Assembly (NCBI GenBank): GCA_965263355.1
Contig: CBDHHL010000032.1
Span: forward strand, 288,001-352,000
Reading direction: 5' to 3'
DNA from: Leptolyngbyaceae cyanobacterium
GTDB lineage: Bacteria; Cyanobacteriota; Cyanobacteriia; Phormidesmidales; Phormidesmidaceae
Length of the DNA: 64,000 nucleotides
Shown here one piece after another: positions 62,794 through 64,000 of this stretch (the stretch's first letter is position 1; every line of letters begins with the position of its first letter). The notes beneath the pieces are model-generated. The model saw only the letters and a list, made by a program, of their open reading frames with translations, did no database searches and was not told where the DNA came from. The translations under genes and the position numbers were made by a program.

Positions 62794-63145
62794 GTAAGCT
62801 TTCAGCGGGTCTAAGTTTTGAGAGGTCTCAAGAAGCCGAGTACCTGCTAGAGTAAGCCTATGAAAGATAAGGCTCTCCCATCGATACCCACAGTCAGCGA
62901 AGCGGACTGGGAAAAGACACCGTCCAGCGTTAAGACGTTGGTTCTGAGTCTAGTGACAAGAGTCGAACTCAACTACGCGCAGAAAATGAATTGCTCAAAG
63001 AGAAGCTGCAGCGCAATAGTCAGAACTCATCTCAGCCACCATCGGAGGATAAAGCCAAAGGATTTAAGCCGAAGAAACCTCGCAGTGGTCGCTCGCGAGG
63101 AGGCCAATTCGGACATCCGGGGAAAGGGCCGAAGCTATATCCATA
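62794..63145 (+). mobile_element. IS66-family left end with frameshifted transposase N-terminus
   Basis: GTAAGCTTTCAG terminus; DWEKTPSSVK; RNSQNSSQPPSED and GGQFGHPG in the shifted frame. Confidence 0.8.
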
Positions 63146-63147
63146 AT

Positions 63148-63456
63148 AGAGCCTGTTTCATCGTCTTTAGCTGGAATAAATCGAATTAAATATTCGTCAT
63201 AGGATCTAAGGTGTGTAGGCACTTCAAAGCCAAGACAAAAATTAATTACGGTTCGCTGCCAGGTATCAATCTCACCATCCACTAAGTATTCTTTCAGCAC
63301 GTCTAACGCTGGTTTATGATCAATGAAATTCGATTCAAAATGAATGATCCCATAGGGGTTGTGCCTTTTGCCAGCCTTAGGATATCGGGGGCTAGCAGCC
63401 AAGATTTTTATACAGATTATGTATGTCAAAACAAAATCGAAACTGTGTCTTTGCAA
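63148..63456 (-). pseudogene. Hypothetical gene fragment
   Basis: Protein-like reading frame downstream of sppA that runs into the IS66 relic. Confidence 0.3.
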
Positions 63457-63483
63457 CTTGGTTGTAGTTCCAGGTTCAAGGAG

Positions 63484-64000
63484 TTACTCAATTTCTGTTG
63501 TAAATGGTAATCGCATGTAAACTCCGTGGGGATCATTGAGGGTTTTCAACAAACTCAATTCTTCTCGCAATTTCATCGCTTCTTGAGAAATTGGATCCTG
63601 AGCCCAGGGCAGCCTAGAGACAATACCTACACCAAAAAGACTTTCAAAAATCTGTTCTTCCAGGGTCGGCGGCTGAGGTAATTCTTGTACCTGCCAATCC
63701 TCTAATTCAGCTGCTTCGGCTGCTGCTGCAATGGCATCATTAAGCCCCCCCATCTGGTCCACCAGGCTAGCCGTTGCTGCATCCGTTCCCGACCACACCC
63801 GTCCTTGGGCTACCTGATTGATTTTTTCTTTGGGTAGTTCACGCCCTTCGGAGACAAGAGTCAAAAAGCGATCATATAAAGTATTGACAAACCCTTGCTG
63901 TAGCTTAAGTTCATCCTCACTTTGGGGACGGCTGACGGTGTCAATGTCAGCTAGCTTAGCGGTTTTGATAATGTCCCAGGTGATGCCGTTGCGATTAGCA
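63484..64000 (-). CDS. sppA: Signal peptide peptidase SppA, C-terminal part (gene starts beyond the window)
   Basis: Open to the window end: GITWD..KT, YDRFL.LVSEGR, AQGRVWSG, LVDQMGG. Confidence 0.92.
   Translation of the reverse strand, partial: ANRNGITWDIIKTAKLADIDTVSRPQSEDELKLQQGFVNTLYDRFLTLVSEGRELPKEKINQVAQGRVWSGTDAATASLVDQMGGLNDAIAAAAEAAELEDWQVQELPQPPTLEEQIFESLFGVGIVSRLPWAQDPISQEAMKLREELSLLKTLNDPHGVYMRLPFTTEIE

Noticed and set aside
1..64000. tRNA, rRNA, prophage or intact defence system
   Set aside because: No cloverleaf, rRNA, phage structural, integrase or intact defence genes recognised by eye.

Overview
A 64-kb chromosomal segment of a cyanobacterium. The evidence is frequent HIP1 GCGATCGC octamers, psb34, group-2 sigma factors, rbp genes, HLR1 boxes and heptamer repeats; a filamentous Leptolyngbya-like organism is my inference. 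From left to right: a nitrate/sulfonate-type ABC transporter; a PAS kinase/RR/multidomain-RR phosphorelay; a URC-type uracil catabolism operon (GTP-cyclohydrolase-II-like, URC4-like, upp) extended by mmsA; a mosaic of metabolic genes, including a PhyH and GATase pair that have lost catalytic residues; a decayed IS; a ~13-kb regulatory island (32.2-45.1 kb); IS66 relics; an FG-GAP/RTX pseudogene; and further single genes ending in psb34, a psb35-like gene and sppA. The island holds two group-2 sigma factors, two RRM proteins, a NarL-type RR, PAS and hybrid kinases, SlyD and a ggpS relic. The strongest hidden signal is a palindrome, TCTAYC-N4-GRTAGA, repeated at least 7 times in that island. In 5 cases it lies exactly 22 bp upstream of a -10-like hexamer, which suggests an activator regulon, and one site drives a candidate hairpin/pseudoknot RNA. 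The window also contains several MITE/REP families and more than 10 pseudogenes. No rRNA, tRNA or CRISPR array was seen. All family calls are by motif recognition; no database searches were run.
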